Shown piece after piece: positions 1 through 9,138 of a stretch of DNA of 64,000 nucleotides; position 1 is the first letter of the stretch, and every line of letters begins with the position of its first letter. The notes beneath the pieces were generated by a model. The model did no database searches, was not told the DNA's origin, and saw nothing but the letters and a program-made list of their open reading frames with translations. This stretch comes from an uncultured delta proteobacterium (lineage in GTDB: Bacteria > Myxococcota_A > Polyangia > Fen-1088), in NCBI GenBank assembly GCA_963767925.1, contig CAVYGB010000008.1:704001-768000 (forward strand). The letters run 5' to 3'. The position numbers were made by a program, and so were the translations under genes.

Positions 1-417
1 GACGTCGCCCCCGTTCTCCAGGAAGATCACCCGGTCGTGCAGGCTGACCAGGCAGAGCAGGCTGAGGGCGTGAAACAGGCGGGTCCGGTAGCCGATGAGG
101 AAGCAGAAGAAGACCAGCCCGCAGATCCCGAACAGCACCGCCACCTCGGCGGTCCAGGACGCCCCGAAGAAGAACGAGAGCTGATACTGGGCGCCTGGCC
201 GCCAGAGCAGGGTGTGGTTGGGGAGCAGCCCGCTGTTCGTGTACCAGATCTGCAGATCGGGGACCCGCCGGAGCAGGTCGGCCAGCAAGAGCAGCCCGAG
301 GTAGATGCGGCCCAGGCCCAGGCTGCGCGGATCGAGCGCCAGGTACCGCTGGGTAAAGGCGGGAAAGCGCGCGGCGAAGCGGGCCAGCAAGGGGGGCGTC
401 GTGCTGGCGCTCGTCAC
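1..417 (-). CDS. HTTM-domain membrane protein (runs off the window edge, partial)
   Basis: Manual translation from GTG 417: ...YLALDPRSLGLGRIYLGLLLLADLLRR..WYTNSGLLP...IGYRTR...SLHDR..LENGGD, typical of HTTM-family N-termini. Not in the ORF track. Confidence 0.7.
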   Translation of the reverse strand, partial: MTSASTTPPLLARFAARFPAFTQRYLALDPRSLGLGRIYLGLLLLADLLRRVPDLQIWYTNSGLLPNHTLLWRPGAQYQLSFFFGASWTAEVAVLFGICGLVFFCFLIGYRTRLFHALSLLCLVSLHDRVIFLENGGDV

Positions 418-459
418 GGGCGGGCCCCCATCCCCGTTCCCCACCGGATCATCGGGCGG

Positions 460-1197
460 TCAGGGAGCGGAGGGAGGGTCGTTGTCGCTGGAGCCGTCGC
501 CGTCGCTACCTTGGGAGGTCGACGGGGGCGCGGGGCGCCGCTTTCGCGAGAGCAACATCAGGACGGCCGCCGCGGCGACCAGCACCCCCAGCGACACGCT
601 CCAGCTGCTGGCGGCCTCGCCGCCGCCGGCGGGCGCCACCCCCTCGACCCGGTTGAGGGCGATCTTGGGCCAGCCCTTGGGACACTCGGCGAAGGCCGCG
701 AACTCGCCGACGCTGAACAGGTGGTCTCCGTCCTTGGCGGTCAGGCGCAGGTGGCGGGCCTTGCCGTTGACCTCGCCCTGGCGCAGGCGCATGCCCGCCC
801 CCTCGACCCCCGGCGCCTCCCAGAGCGTCTGCCAGGTCTTGCCGTCGGCCGAGCCGGAGAGGATGTAGACGTCGTTGTTGTCCCCCTGCACCAGGGCGCA
901 GCGGACCGGCTGCTCGCTCCCCAGGTCCCAGGTAACGCTCCCCTCGGGGTTGTCGAAGCGGGCCGTCAGGGCGGAGTCCCAGGGCTCACCCTCGAGCGGC
1001 AGCTCGCCGTCCACCAGGCGCGAGATGTTCGGCACGCCCCTGTTCTGCGCCTTGACCCCGACCAGGAGGTTGCCGGGGATGGGGTCGGTGGACTCCTCCA
1101 CGCAGGCCGGGAGCAGGGCGATCACCAGGAGCGAGACGGCGGCGCGGCCCCGGCGGGCGAGCCTCGAGGTTGCTGCGCGGCAAACTGGGTCGAACAT
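460..1197 (-). CDS. Lipoprotein with discoidin (F5/8 type C)-like domain and C-terminal TM
   Basis: LLPAC lipobox; WDLG..VQGDNND.Y.LSGS.DG..W..L; C-terminal hydrophobic stretch then RKRR. Start uncertain (1197-1233). Confidence 0.6.
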   Translation of the reverse strand: MFDPVCRAATSRLARRGRAAVSLLVIALLPACVEESTDPIPGNLLVGVKAQNRGVPNISRLVDGELPLEGEPWDSALTARFDNPEGSVTWDLGSEQPVRCALVQGDNNDVYILSGSADGKTWQTLWEAPGVEGAGMRLRQGEVNGKARHLRLTAKDGDHLFSVGEFAAFAECPKGWPKIALNRVEGVAPAGGGEAASSWSVSLGVLVAAAAVLMLLSRKRRPAPPSTSQGSDGDGSSDNDPPSAP

Positions 1198-1297
1198 CGG
1201 CGGGATGTTAAAGGAAAGGGATCCGGCTGCCAACCCCGGGGGACCCGGGTCGAGGTTGGCGCGCCGGCCGGTCCAGGGTTTTGCTAAAAAGGGGCGC

Positions 1298-3589
1298 TTG
1301 TCGGTCTCCCCCGGTTTCCTCCTCGAGCTGCTGAGCCGCTACGCGAAGGCTCTCTCGGACGCGCGCTGGCTCGCCGCCATCGCGCTGACCGTCACCCTGG
1401 CCCTCTCGGTGCTGGCCGCGGCGCGCGTGCTCCGGCGCATCAGCGGCTACCGCCGCGCGCTGGTGCTGGTGCTGCTGGCCGGCGGCGCCCTGTGGTGGGC
1501 CTGGCAGCTCAAGTGGCTGTGCGACGACGCGTATATCTCCTTCCGCTACGCCGACAACTGGGCCCGCGGGCAGGGGCTGGTGTTCAACGCGGGCGAGCGG
1601 GTGGAGGGCTACACCAACTTCCTCTGGACCGCGTTGATGGCCGGCTTCATCAAGCTCGGCGCCGACCCGGGCCAGGCCGCCATCGTGGTGGGGCTGGCCT
1701 GTTTCGTGGTCATGCTGCTGCTGCTCGATCGCCTGGGCAGCCGCCTGGGCGCCCAGCGCGGGCAGGGGGGGATTGGTCTGGCCCCCTTCCTGGCGGCCGC
1801 CAGCTACACCGTGGCTTCGTTCGCCACCTCGGGCCTGGAGACCATGTTCGCCGCCACCCTCGCGCTGCTGGCCGTAGAGCGGGCCGAGGCGGGGCGCCCG
1901 TTCGTGGCCGGGCTGGCCGGGATCGCCGCGGCCATGGCCCACCCCGACCACGGGATCTTCTACGCCGCGCTCGGCGCCGCTCTCGCCCTGGGGGGCCGGG
2001 ATCGCCGCCGCGAGCTGATGATCTACGCCGTCCCCTTCTTCGTCTTGTTCGTGCCCTATTTCTTCTGGCGCTGGCGCTACTACGGCGACCTCTTCCCCAA
2101 CACCTACTACGCCAAGTCGGCCGGCGAGACCTACTTCCGCCAGGGCGGCGTCTATCTGGTCGTCACCACGGTGGTGGCCGGGCTGTGGGCCGCCGCGCCC
2201 CTGGCCCTGATCGGCGCTTACCGCTTCCGGGGCACGGTCACCGGGCGCTGCTTCATCATCGGGCTGCCCCTGTTCCTGGTCTACGTCGCCAAGGTGGGCG
2301 GCGACTTCATGCTCGGGCGCCTGCTGGTCCCGGTGATCGCCCTCGTCGTCCTGTTCGCCGACCTGGGCTGGCGCGAGCTGCAAGCCCGGCGGCGCCCGGT
2401 GCTGGCGGGCGGGCTGGCCATGCTGGCCGCCCTGGTGGCGGTGCCCGCCCAGGCCATCCGCCCGGGTGAGAAGATCTGGAACCTGGCCGACGAGCGCACC
2501 TTCTACCCTCTGCAGAAGTTCGATCCGCCCACCGTGGGGGTCATCTACACCGAGCAGGCCAGGAGCCTGAAGGCCGCCCTCGAGCCGCGCGGCCTGCGGC
2601 CCAAGGTGGCGGTCGGCTGCGTCGGGATCGTCGGCTACCACACCCGCCTGCCGATCTTCGACCTGTTCGGGCTGACCAGCCGCAGCGTGGCCCACATGCC
2701 GATCCCTCACCGGGGCCGGCCGGGGCACGAGAAGCTCGGGACCATCGGGCACGTCATGGCTGCCGGCGTGGATCTGTCGGAGTTCGCGCTCTACCCGCCG
2801 CCCTTCGCCAGCCTGACCACCGTGCAGATCGGCGCCTTCACCTATCACCTGGGCCGTTACGATGCGCCGCTGATCCGCGCGCTGGCCGGCGCCGCCACCG
2901 TCGCCGACCTGCCGGCGTACCTGGCGTCATTGGGGCAGCAGACCGAGCCGGTTGCGCCCGAGACCCTGGCCTGCGAGATGTGGTTCCTCGAGTCGTACTA
3001 TTTTTCCAGGAACCCCGATCCGCCGACCCGCCAGACCCTGATCGATCGCGCCCTGCGCTGGGACTCGACCCTGCGGGGGCTCGAGCCGCTGCTGTTTTCC
3101 TCGCAGCCGCTCGAGGCGTCCGGCTACCAGCCGCTGCGGCGCTTCTCCTTCGAGCGCCGCGAGCCCTTCGTGACCACCGGCGAGGCCTTCGCCGGCTGGC
3201 CCTCCGAGGCGTCGGTCCCGGGGCAGGGCGCCGTCTACGGCAACCACGGCCGCTTCATCAACAGCTTCCGGCCGGGGTCGACCGACAGCGCCCGGGGCCT
3301 GCTCAGGCTGCCGCCCTTCGCCGTCCGGGGGGACGTCCTCTCCCTGCTCATCGGGGGCGGTCGGGACACGAAGAACCTGCGGGTCTCCCTCATCGTCGAT
3401 GGCCAGCCGGTCCGCCAGGTCACCGGCTGCACCAGCGAGGTGCTGGGGCGGAGGTTGTGGAACGTGCGCGACTACGCCGGCCGCACGGCGCACATCGAGA
3501 TCCTCGACGACAGCGCCGGCGGCTGGGGCCACATCGTCGTCGACGAGATCACCGAATGGCGCGCCCCCCCGGCGCCGTCCGGCCCGTGA
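1298..3589 (+). CDS. GT-C fold membrane glycosyltransferase with C-terminal beta-sandwich domain
   Basis: DDAYISFRYADN..G.GLVFN.GERVEGYTNFLW, TSGLET, YYGD.FPNTYYAK, GGDFM..R and many TM segments. Start uncertain. Confidence 0.75.
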   Translation: MSVSPGFLLELLSRYAKALSDARWLAAIALTVTLALSVLAAARVLRRISGYRRALVLVLLAGGALWWAWQLKWLCDDAYISFRYADNWARGQGLVFNAGERVEGYTNFLWTALMAGFIKLGADPGQAAIVVGLACFVVMLLLLDRLGSRLGAQRGQGGIGLAPFLAAASYTVASFATSGLETMFAATLALLAVERAEAGRPFVAGLAGIAAAMAHPDHGIFYAALGAALALGGRDRRRELMIYAVPFFVLFVPYFFWRWRYYGDLFPNTYYAKSAGETYFRQGGVYLVVTTVVAGLWAAAPLALIGAYRFRGTVTGRCFIIGLPLFLVYVAKVGGDFMLGRLLVPVIALVVLFADLGWRELQARRRPVLAGGLAMLAALVAVPAQAIRPGEKIWNLADERTFYPLQKFDPPTVGVIYTEQARSLKAALEPRGLRPKVAVGCVGIVGYHTRLPIFDLFGLTSRSVAHMPIPHRGRPGHEKLGTIGHVMAAGVDLSEFALYPPPFASLTTVQIGAFTYHLGRYDAPLIRALAGAATVADLPAYLASLGQQTEPVAPETLACEMWFLESYYFSRNPDPPTRQTLIDRALRWDSTLRGLEPLLFSSQPLEASGYQPLRRFSFERREPFVTTGEAFAGWPSEASVPGQGAVYGNHGRFINSFRPGSTDSARGLLRLPPFAVRGDVLSLLIGGGRDTKNLRVSLIVDGQPVRQVTGCTSEVLGRRLWNVRDYAGRTAHIEILDDSAGGWGHIVVDEITEWRAPPAPSGP

Positions 3590-3708
3590 AGCGCCGGGTT
3601 CGTGTGATCCCGGCTGCGGCGGTCGACGATTTTCGAAGAAACCAGGGGCGCAGCGGCGTCGTATGAAGCATAGGAGGCTCGTGGCGGTTGGCTGACCCGA
3701 GCTCGACC

Positions 3709-3897
3709 ATGCGAAAAGAAGAGGACTCCCAGCTTCCCTCTCTCAAGGGGATGGTTACCGAGGCGGACTTACCGCTCGCGGAGGAGACGTGGCCAGGGCT
3801 GCGCGACTTCCTCCGCCGCATCCCCTCGAACCAGCGCCCCGCGACCTTCCTCGACCTGGTCTGGCGCTTCGAGTGCTGGCGCAACCGCTTCGCCTGA
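3709..3897 (+). CDS. Small hypothetical protein (62 aa)
   Basis: MRKEEDSQLP...WPGLRDFL...PATFLDLVWRFE; GC3-rich codons; fills the intergenic gap. Confidence 0.55.
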   Translation: MRKEEDSQLPSLKGMVTEADLPLAEETWPGLRDFLRRIPSNQRPATFLDLVWRFECWRNRFA

Positions 3898-3907
3898 AAA
3901 ACCCTCT

Positions 3908-4072
3908 CTAGTCCCCTGGAACGGTGAAGGCTTGCATATGTCGGCGAGGCATCTTCGTTCCTGGCAAGGCGCGAGGAGGGCGAATACCTGGCGTATTTAA
4001 CCGACGAGCAACGCAGCCAGGGACGAAGAGGACCGGCGAGATATGCAAGAAATCACCGTTCCAGGGGACTAG
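3908..4072. repeat. 165-bp palindromic MITE/ERIC-like element
   Basis: Perfect 20-bp terminal inverted repeat CTAGTCCCCTGGAACGGTGA (3908-3927) / TCACCGTTCCAGGGGACTAG (4053-4072), with nested inner stems. Confidence 0.75.
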
Positions 4073-4851
4073 CAGGGGCCGCCGCTCATGCAGGCGGCGC
4101 CGGAGACCCGCGTCACGCAGGTGGTGGTCGTCAAGGTGACCGGGCCCAGCACCCGGCTGGCGCCGCTGAACACCGAGAGGGTCGCGGCCGATCGGGCGGG
4201 GGGCACCGTCCTCGTGTCCGGACCGGTGATCTCGTAGCGGCGGCCGCCGGCGTTGATCACCAGCTTGTCGGTGCAGTTGTGCCGCGAGCCCATGTAGAAG
4301 GTCGGCGAGTTGATCTGCGCCTCGTCGCTGATGCAGACGTTGGTGCCGTCGACCTCCAGCGCCAGGCGGTAGGGCAGCCAGCCGTAGGTCCCGGAGGTCC
4401 CGATCCGTCCGTCCGTCTCGAGGGCGATGCGCAGGCGCACCTTGCCGTCGGCGCTCACCTTGGTGGCGATCTGATAGCTGTCGCGGCCCATCCGTAGCCC
4501 GGCGAAGCAGGTGTCGAGGCCCGGGCTGGCGTTGCCGCCATCGCCGGCGGCCGCGTCGGCGGGCCGGCTGTCGGGACCCCGGTCGGGGCGGGCGTCGCCG
4601 GGCCGAGCATCGGAGCCGCCGCTGCCGCCCGCGCCGGCCCCGCCGCCGGTACCGCCCGTGCCGCCGGCACCCCCCCTGCCGCCGCTGCCCCCCGCGCCGC
4701 CACTGCCGCCCCGGCCTCCGGCGCCGCCGGACCCACCCGCCCCGCCGCCTCCGCCGTCGGGCGTGGGCTGGGGATCGGACGGGCAGCCGGCGAGGAGGAG
4801 AGATCCGGCGAGCGACAGGCAAAGGGTCCAGGAACGCAGGGGATGGTTCAT
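4069..4851 (-). CDS. Gly-rich lipoprotein, hypothetical
   Basis: LLLAGC lipobox, GGxGG linker, Cys-containing C-terminal domain. Confidence 0.75.
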   Translation of the reverse strand: MNHPLRSWTLCLSLAGSLLLAGCPSDPQPTPDGGGGGAGGSGGAGGRGGSGGAGGSGGRGGAGGTGGTGGGAGAGGSGGSDARPGDARPDRGPDSRPADAAAGDGGNASPGLDTCFAGLRMGRDSYQIATKVSADGKVRLRIALETDGRIGTSGTYGWLPYRLALEVDGTNVCISDEAQINSPTFYMGSRHNCTDKLVINAGGRRYEITGPDTRTVPPARSAATLSVFSGASRVLGPVTLTTTTCVTRVSGAACMSGGPC

Positions 4852-4867
4852 CGAGGCCTCCAGGGGG

Positions 4868-7054
4868 TCAGGGCGCGGGGTAGGGGCGCGCCTGCTTGAT
4901 GACGACGCGGTCGTCGGCGGTGAGCTTGATCTCGAGATCGAGGCTCAAGCTCGGGATGTGGGGGTAAACAGCGCTGGCGAAGTGGTCCTGCACCAGGAAG
5001 AGGAGGCCGCCGAGCTCGCGCAGGCGCGCCTCGCTCCAGAGCGGCTCGGGCGACAGCGAGGAGGGGACCAGCACGCGTGCGTCTGCGACCTGGTCGCCGG
5101 CAGCGCGCCGGAAGGTGAGGGTCTCCGCCACCACCCCGGGGTCGGGCGGGCGGACCACGGGCTGCCCATCGCGCTGCGAGACCAGGCGATAAAGCGGCCC
5201 GGCCGGGCCGGCCTCGAGCTGGGTGACCGCCACGCTGTCCAGCTTCTCGAGCACGAACGACGGGTTGACCGCCACCCCCATGAAGGCCTCGCGGTGGTTC
5301 ATCCCCCAGTACTCCCGCTCCTCGAAGGCCCGCTCGGTCCAGAGGCTGGCATAGACCCGCTTCAAGGCCCGGGCCACCGTCCGCTCCTTGCCGAGATCGC
5401 TGGCCAGGTCGTCGATGATCTCGACCAGCCAGATCCGGTCGGGATGGGCCGTCCACTCGGCCCGCCGCCGGGCCAGCTCGGGCTCGAGCCGCGCCCGCTC
5501 CTCGGCCGACAGACAGGCCGATGGGCCCTTGTCGTCGGCGTCGGCGTCGTCCGCGAAGCAGCCGCGCGCCGAATCATACAGGCCGGCGCCCGTGGCCAGC
5601 TCTCCGTCCTCGACGTTGCTGCTGCTGCGGAAGCGGGTGGGCAGGCGGGCGTGATCCGCGCCGAACGCGATCCGGGCGGTGGCGGCCAGCCGCTCGATCA
5701 GCCCGGACTCGACCGGCGCCGCCTCGATCGCCTCGCGCACGGCCGCCAGGCGCGCGCGCCGGAAGGGCGCCTCGGTGGCGGTGCGCGGGTCGTCCAGGAG
5801 CGCGAGGACCTGGGCCTCGAGGCCGCTCGCGCGCAGGAAGTCCCGGTAGGCCGAGAAGGGGACGGCGAAGCCCGGGGCGCGGTTGGCGGCCGGCAAGAGG
5901 CGATGGAGCTCCCCCAGGTTGGCCGCCTTGGCCCCCACCGTCAGGGCGTCCGCGGCGCCGAGCTCGCCGAACGGACGGACCCGCGTCTCGGTGAGATTGG
6001 AGCGCAGCGGCCGCGGCGGGGGGCGCCTGGACGCCCAGAACGCCTCCGCCTCGGCCAGCGTCGCCGGCTGCAGGCGGGCCTCCGTCTCCGATACGGTCAG
6101 GCGCGCCACCTTGCCGTCGAGCAGGGCGACAACCTGGTCCTCGTAGACGCTGGGCAGCCGGGCGTTGGGGATCTGCTTTTCGCGCAGCCGCAGGTTCACG
6201 TGGCTGTGCGGGCTCTGAGGCAGGGCGGTCACCAGCCCGGCCACCAGGCGCAGGTCATCGAAGGATCCCTGGGTCACCAGGATGTCGCGGGGGCCGTAGT
6301 CGGTCGGCCGCTCGGTCCGGGGAATCAGGCGGAGGAAGCCGTACGCTTCACCGAGGCTGTAGCCCTCGGCCCCGGCGCCCGGCCGCAGCGTCGCCGGGTC
6401 GGCCACCTCGATGCCCCGGGCGCGCAGGGCCGGGGCCAGCGCGGCGAAGCTCGCCACCTGCCGGGGATCGGCGCCCACCAGCACCAGCAGCTCCCGGGCG
6501 AACGGCGCGCATTCGCCCAGGCGGCCGTGGAGCTCGGCGAGCTGGTCGACGCCGAGGGTCTCGCTGGGATCGGCGTAGACGAAGGTGGCCACCACCCCCC
6601 GCTGGCCAGTGCGCGGGTGCTCGGCCCCGGGGATGAGCTGCAGCTCCCCCGCCCACCAGACACGGCTGGCGCCCTTGGTTGTCAGGGCGATGTAGCTGTC
6701 CCAGTCGATGTGGGCCAGCGCCGGGAAGCTGCGCAGGAAGGCGAGGTGCAGCGGGTAAAGGCCGGTGTTCTGGAAGAGGCAGCGTCGATCGAGGGGCGGC
6801 GGCGCCTCCCGGCCGGTGACCTCGCCGAGGTACTTCACGGCCCAGCCTTCTCCGGCCAGGCGGGTGAAGTCGTCGCTGCTCGCGAGCCGCTCCAGGAAGT
6901 TTGCGCTGCCGCCGTCCGGCGCTGCGTCGGGGTTGCTCCCGCTCCCGCCGCCGCAGGCCGCGAGCCCCACCGCCACGAAGGCGAGGGCGAGCGCGAGCGC
7001 GACCGGCCAGCCGCCGCGGGCCGTGGAAATCTGAGAGTGCGAGCGAGGAGGCAT
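4868..7054 (-). CDS. Lipoprotein with PEP/pyruvate-binding (PPDK_N) domain
   Basis: GLAAC lipobox; VGAKAANLGEL, PGFAVPF, RFRSSSNVED, GAGLYDS, VYASLW..RA. Confidence 0.75.
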   Translation of the reverse strand: MPPRSHSQISTARGGWPVALALALAFVAVGLAACGGGSGSNPDAAPDGGSANFLERLASSDDFTRLAGEGWAVKYLGEVTGREAPPPLDRRCLFQNTGLYPLHLAFLRSFPALAHIDWDSYIALTTKGASRVWWAGELQLIPGAEHPRTGQRGVVATFVYADPSETLGVDQLAELHGRLGECAPFARELLVLVGADPRQVASFAALAPALRARGIEVADPATLRPGAGAEGYSLGEAYGFLRLIPRTERPTDYGPRDILVTQGSFDDLRLVAGLVTALPQSPHSHVNLRLREKQIPNARLPSVYEDQVVALLDGKVARLTVSETEARLQPATLAEAEAFWASRRPPPRPLRSNLTETRVRPFGELGAADALTVGAKAANLGELHRLLPAANRAPGFAVPFSAYRDFLRASGLEAQVLALLDDPRTATEAPFRRARLAAVREAIEAAPVESGLIERLAATARIAFGADHARLPTRFRSSSNVEDGELATGAGLYDSARGCFADDADADDKGPSACLSAEERARLEPELARRRAEWTAHPDRIWLVEIIDDLASDLGKERTVARALKRVYASLWTERAFEEREYWGMNHREAFMGVAVNPSFVLEKLDSVAVTQLEAGPAGPLYRLVSQRDGQPVVRPPDPGVVAETLTFRRAAGDQVADARVLVPSSLSPEPLWSEARLRELGGLLFLVQDHFASAVYPHIPSLSLDLEIKLTADDRVVIKQARPYPAP

Positions 7055-7158
7055 CGAAAGAGCTAGGGTTGGAGATCGCGGAGAACGGGTATCACGGGGA
7101 GCTTGCAACGATGTGCCACCCGCCCGCCACCTTGTCGTGATCGGATGACGCAAGAGCC

Positions 7159-7701
7159 ATGCCGCTGACCGCCTTGTTCCTCCTGACGCTCGCCGCGCAG
7201 GCGGGTGGTGCCGAGCTGCGCGGCGCCGACCGCGCGCGGAGCGAAACGGCCGGGCTGGCCCTGGCCGTGGAGGCGGGGCGATACGGTGGCGGGTACGGCC
7301 TCGACGCGCTCTTTTACCTCCCGGTGGCCGCGCTGCTGCCGGGGGCCGCCGCGTTGCCGGTGACCGTCTGGGTCCAGGCCGGCGCGGGCGTGTCGGGCCA
7401 GGTGCCGCGGGCGCTGGCCGCCGGGGCCAGCCTCGGCGCCAGCCTGGGCCGGCGGCATCGCGCCACCGCGGCCCTGGGCTGGGGGGCCATCGACCGTTCG
7501 GTCCTTTCGCTGCACGGGACGGTTGTGGCCGATCGCTCGCTCCACGGTCCCGACGCCGCGCTCGGATACGAATACCTCTCCGACCGGGGGCTGCTGTGCC
7601 GGGCGCTGGCCGGCGCGGCCTATCTGCCTCGATCCTGGCAGGAGACGTTGGCCCGGTTCCGGCCGACCCTCAGCGTGGCCTTCGGGTGGAAGCTCTGGTG
7701 A
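7159..7701 (+). CDS. Secreted/outer-membrane beta-strand protein
   Basis: Signal peptide, amphipathic beta strands, C-terminal FGWKLW. Confidence 0.55.
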   Translation: MPLTALFLLTLAAQAGGAELRGADRARSETAGLALAVEAGRYGGGYGLDALFYLPVAALLPGAAALPVTVWVQAGAGVSGQVPRALAAGASLGASLGRRHRATAALGWGAIDRSVLSLHGTVVADRSLHGPDAALGYEYLSDRGLLCRALAGAAYLPRSWQETLARFRPTLSVAFGWKLW

Positions 7702-9035
7702 GCCGGAGGCGCCGGCCGCTCGGCGTTTTGGCCCTGGCGCTGGCCCTGGCCTCCGGGGCCTGCGCGCCCGAGCCTCCCTGTGGCCTGCGCCTGTGCGACA
7801 TCCGCGAGCCGGCCTGCCAGGACGAGGTCGCCAGCGCCACCGCCTGCCTGCGCGGGCTCCCGACCGCCGAGGTGCCGATCCGGGTGCTGTCGCAGGAGCG
7901 GTACCTGGCCGAGTCGATCGCGGCCGGCGAGGGGAACGTCGACTTGCCCCTCTTCACCCGCTGGATGGCGGGCCTGGCCCTGCTGCGCCTGGCCGCGCCC
8001 GACGTCAGCGTCGCCGAGGCCTCCCAGGAGGGGGCGGCCTGGGTGGCCGCCTTCTACGATCCGGGGACCCGGAGCATCACCATCATCGACCGCGGCCGGC
8101 CGCTCGACGCCCGCGGCGCGATCACCCTGCTGGTTCACGAATACACCCACGCCCTGCAGGACCGCACGGTGGGGCTGGACCGGTTCCGGGCGCGCCTGCC
8201 GAACGACCTCGACCGCGTGCTCGCCTCGAAGGCGGTCACCGAGGGGGAGGCCAGCCTGGTCGAGGACCTGGCGGCGCTCGGCCTGTTCGGCGAGGCGGAG
8301 CGGGCGATCGACTGGCCGCAGGTCTTCGGGACCTGGCAGGGGCGCGCCCGGGAGGCGGCGGTGGAGACCCGGCTGCCTGTCGATCAGTCGTTCGGCCACT
8401 TTCCCTATCCGTTCGGGATGCCCTACGTTCATGGGGCTTACCGCTCGGGAGGGTTCGCCGCCGTCGACCGGCTCTACGACGAGCCGCCGGCCTCGGTGGC
8501 GCAGGTGCTGGCCGGGTTCGGCACCGCCGAGCCCTCCGGAGGCGCCTGGGCCGAGGAGCTGGGAGCCGATGCGGTGCCGGTGTTGCCCGAACGCTTCGCC
8601 CTGGTCGACAGCGACCGCCTCGGCGCCTGGCTGCTCGAGGTCTTCGTCGACCGGGTGCTGGCCTCGGCGCCCCCCGGGCTGGATCGCGATCGGGCCCGCG
8701 CGGATCTCGCCGGCCTGGGGCGCGGGCTGCGGGCGGATCGCCTGAGCATCTGGCGCGATCTCCAGACCGATCGCACCGTCGCCTGCTGGCGCCTGCGGCT
8801 GGCCTCGGCCGAGCAGGCCGACCGGCTCGCGCACCACCTGGACGGAGCGGGACCCTGGGTGGCCTCGTCGCGAGAGCGGGACGTGGTGCTGGTGGCCAGC
8901 GCCGACCCGGAGGTGCTCGCCCTGGCGGGTCCGGATCTGACCTTCGGGCCGCTGCCGCCAGCGGGGGTGGCCCTCGCCGGGGCGGCCCTCCCGGCCCTCG
9001 CCCGGGGTTGTCCCGGCCGCACCTTCGGACACTGA
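7698..9035 (+). CDS. Lipoprotein with HExxH zincin-like motif
   Basis: LASGAC lipobox; AFYDP, LVHEYTHALQD, EGEA, FPY.FG; GTGA overlap with the upstream stop. Confidence 0.7.
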   Translation: MSRRRRPLGVLALALALASGACAPEPPCGLRLCDIREPACQDEVASATACLRGLPTAEVPIRVLSQERYLAESIAAGEGNVDLPLFTRWMAGLALLRLAAPDVSVAEASQEGAAWVAAFYDPGTRSITIIDRGRPLDARGAITLLVHEYTHALQDRTVGLDRFRARLPNDLDRVLASKAVTEGEASLVEDLAALGLFGEAERAIDWPQVFGTWQGRAREAAVETRLPVDQSFGHFPYPFGMPYVHGAYRSGGFAAVDRLYDEPPASVAQVLAGFGTAEPSGGAWAEELGADAVPVLPERFALVDSDRLGAWLLEVFVDRVLASAPPGLDRDRARADLAGLGRGLRADRLSIWRDLQTDRTVACWRLRLASAEQADRLAHHLDGAGPWVASSRERDVVLVASADPEVLALAGPDLTFGPLPPAGVALAGAALPALARGCPGRTFGH

Positions 9036-9138
9036 CGGCAGACCTCCCGAACGACCTGTGCCAGCGATCGCGCTGGCAGAGTTCGTAACAATTGTAAGTA
9101 CTTTACGCGTAACGCGTCCCCATGACACAGTACGCGCC

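Noticed and set aside
3908..4072. 6S RNA or retron msr-msd identity for the palindrome
   Set aside because: No large central bubble as in 6S RNA, and no reverse transcriptase in the window
4511..7066. Long antisense or alternative-frame ORFs (also 23277-26027, 34403-36604 and others)
   Set aside because: Shadow ORFs expected at high GC; they overlap recognisable genes and have no motifs
7104..7118. TGGCACATCGTTGCA (minus strand), a sigma54-like motif upstream of the PPDK_N lipoprotein
   Set aside because: Spacing is GG-N9-GC, one base short of the strict N10. Worth revisiting only if reads show a deletion error.
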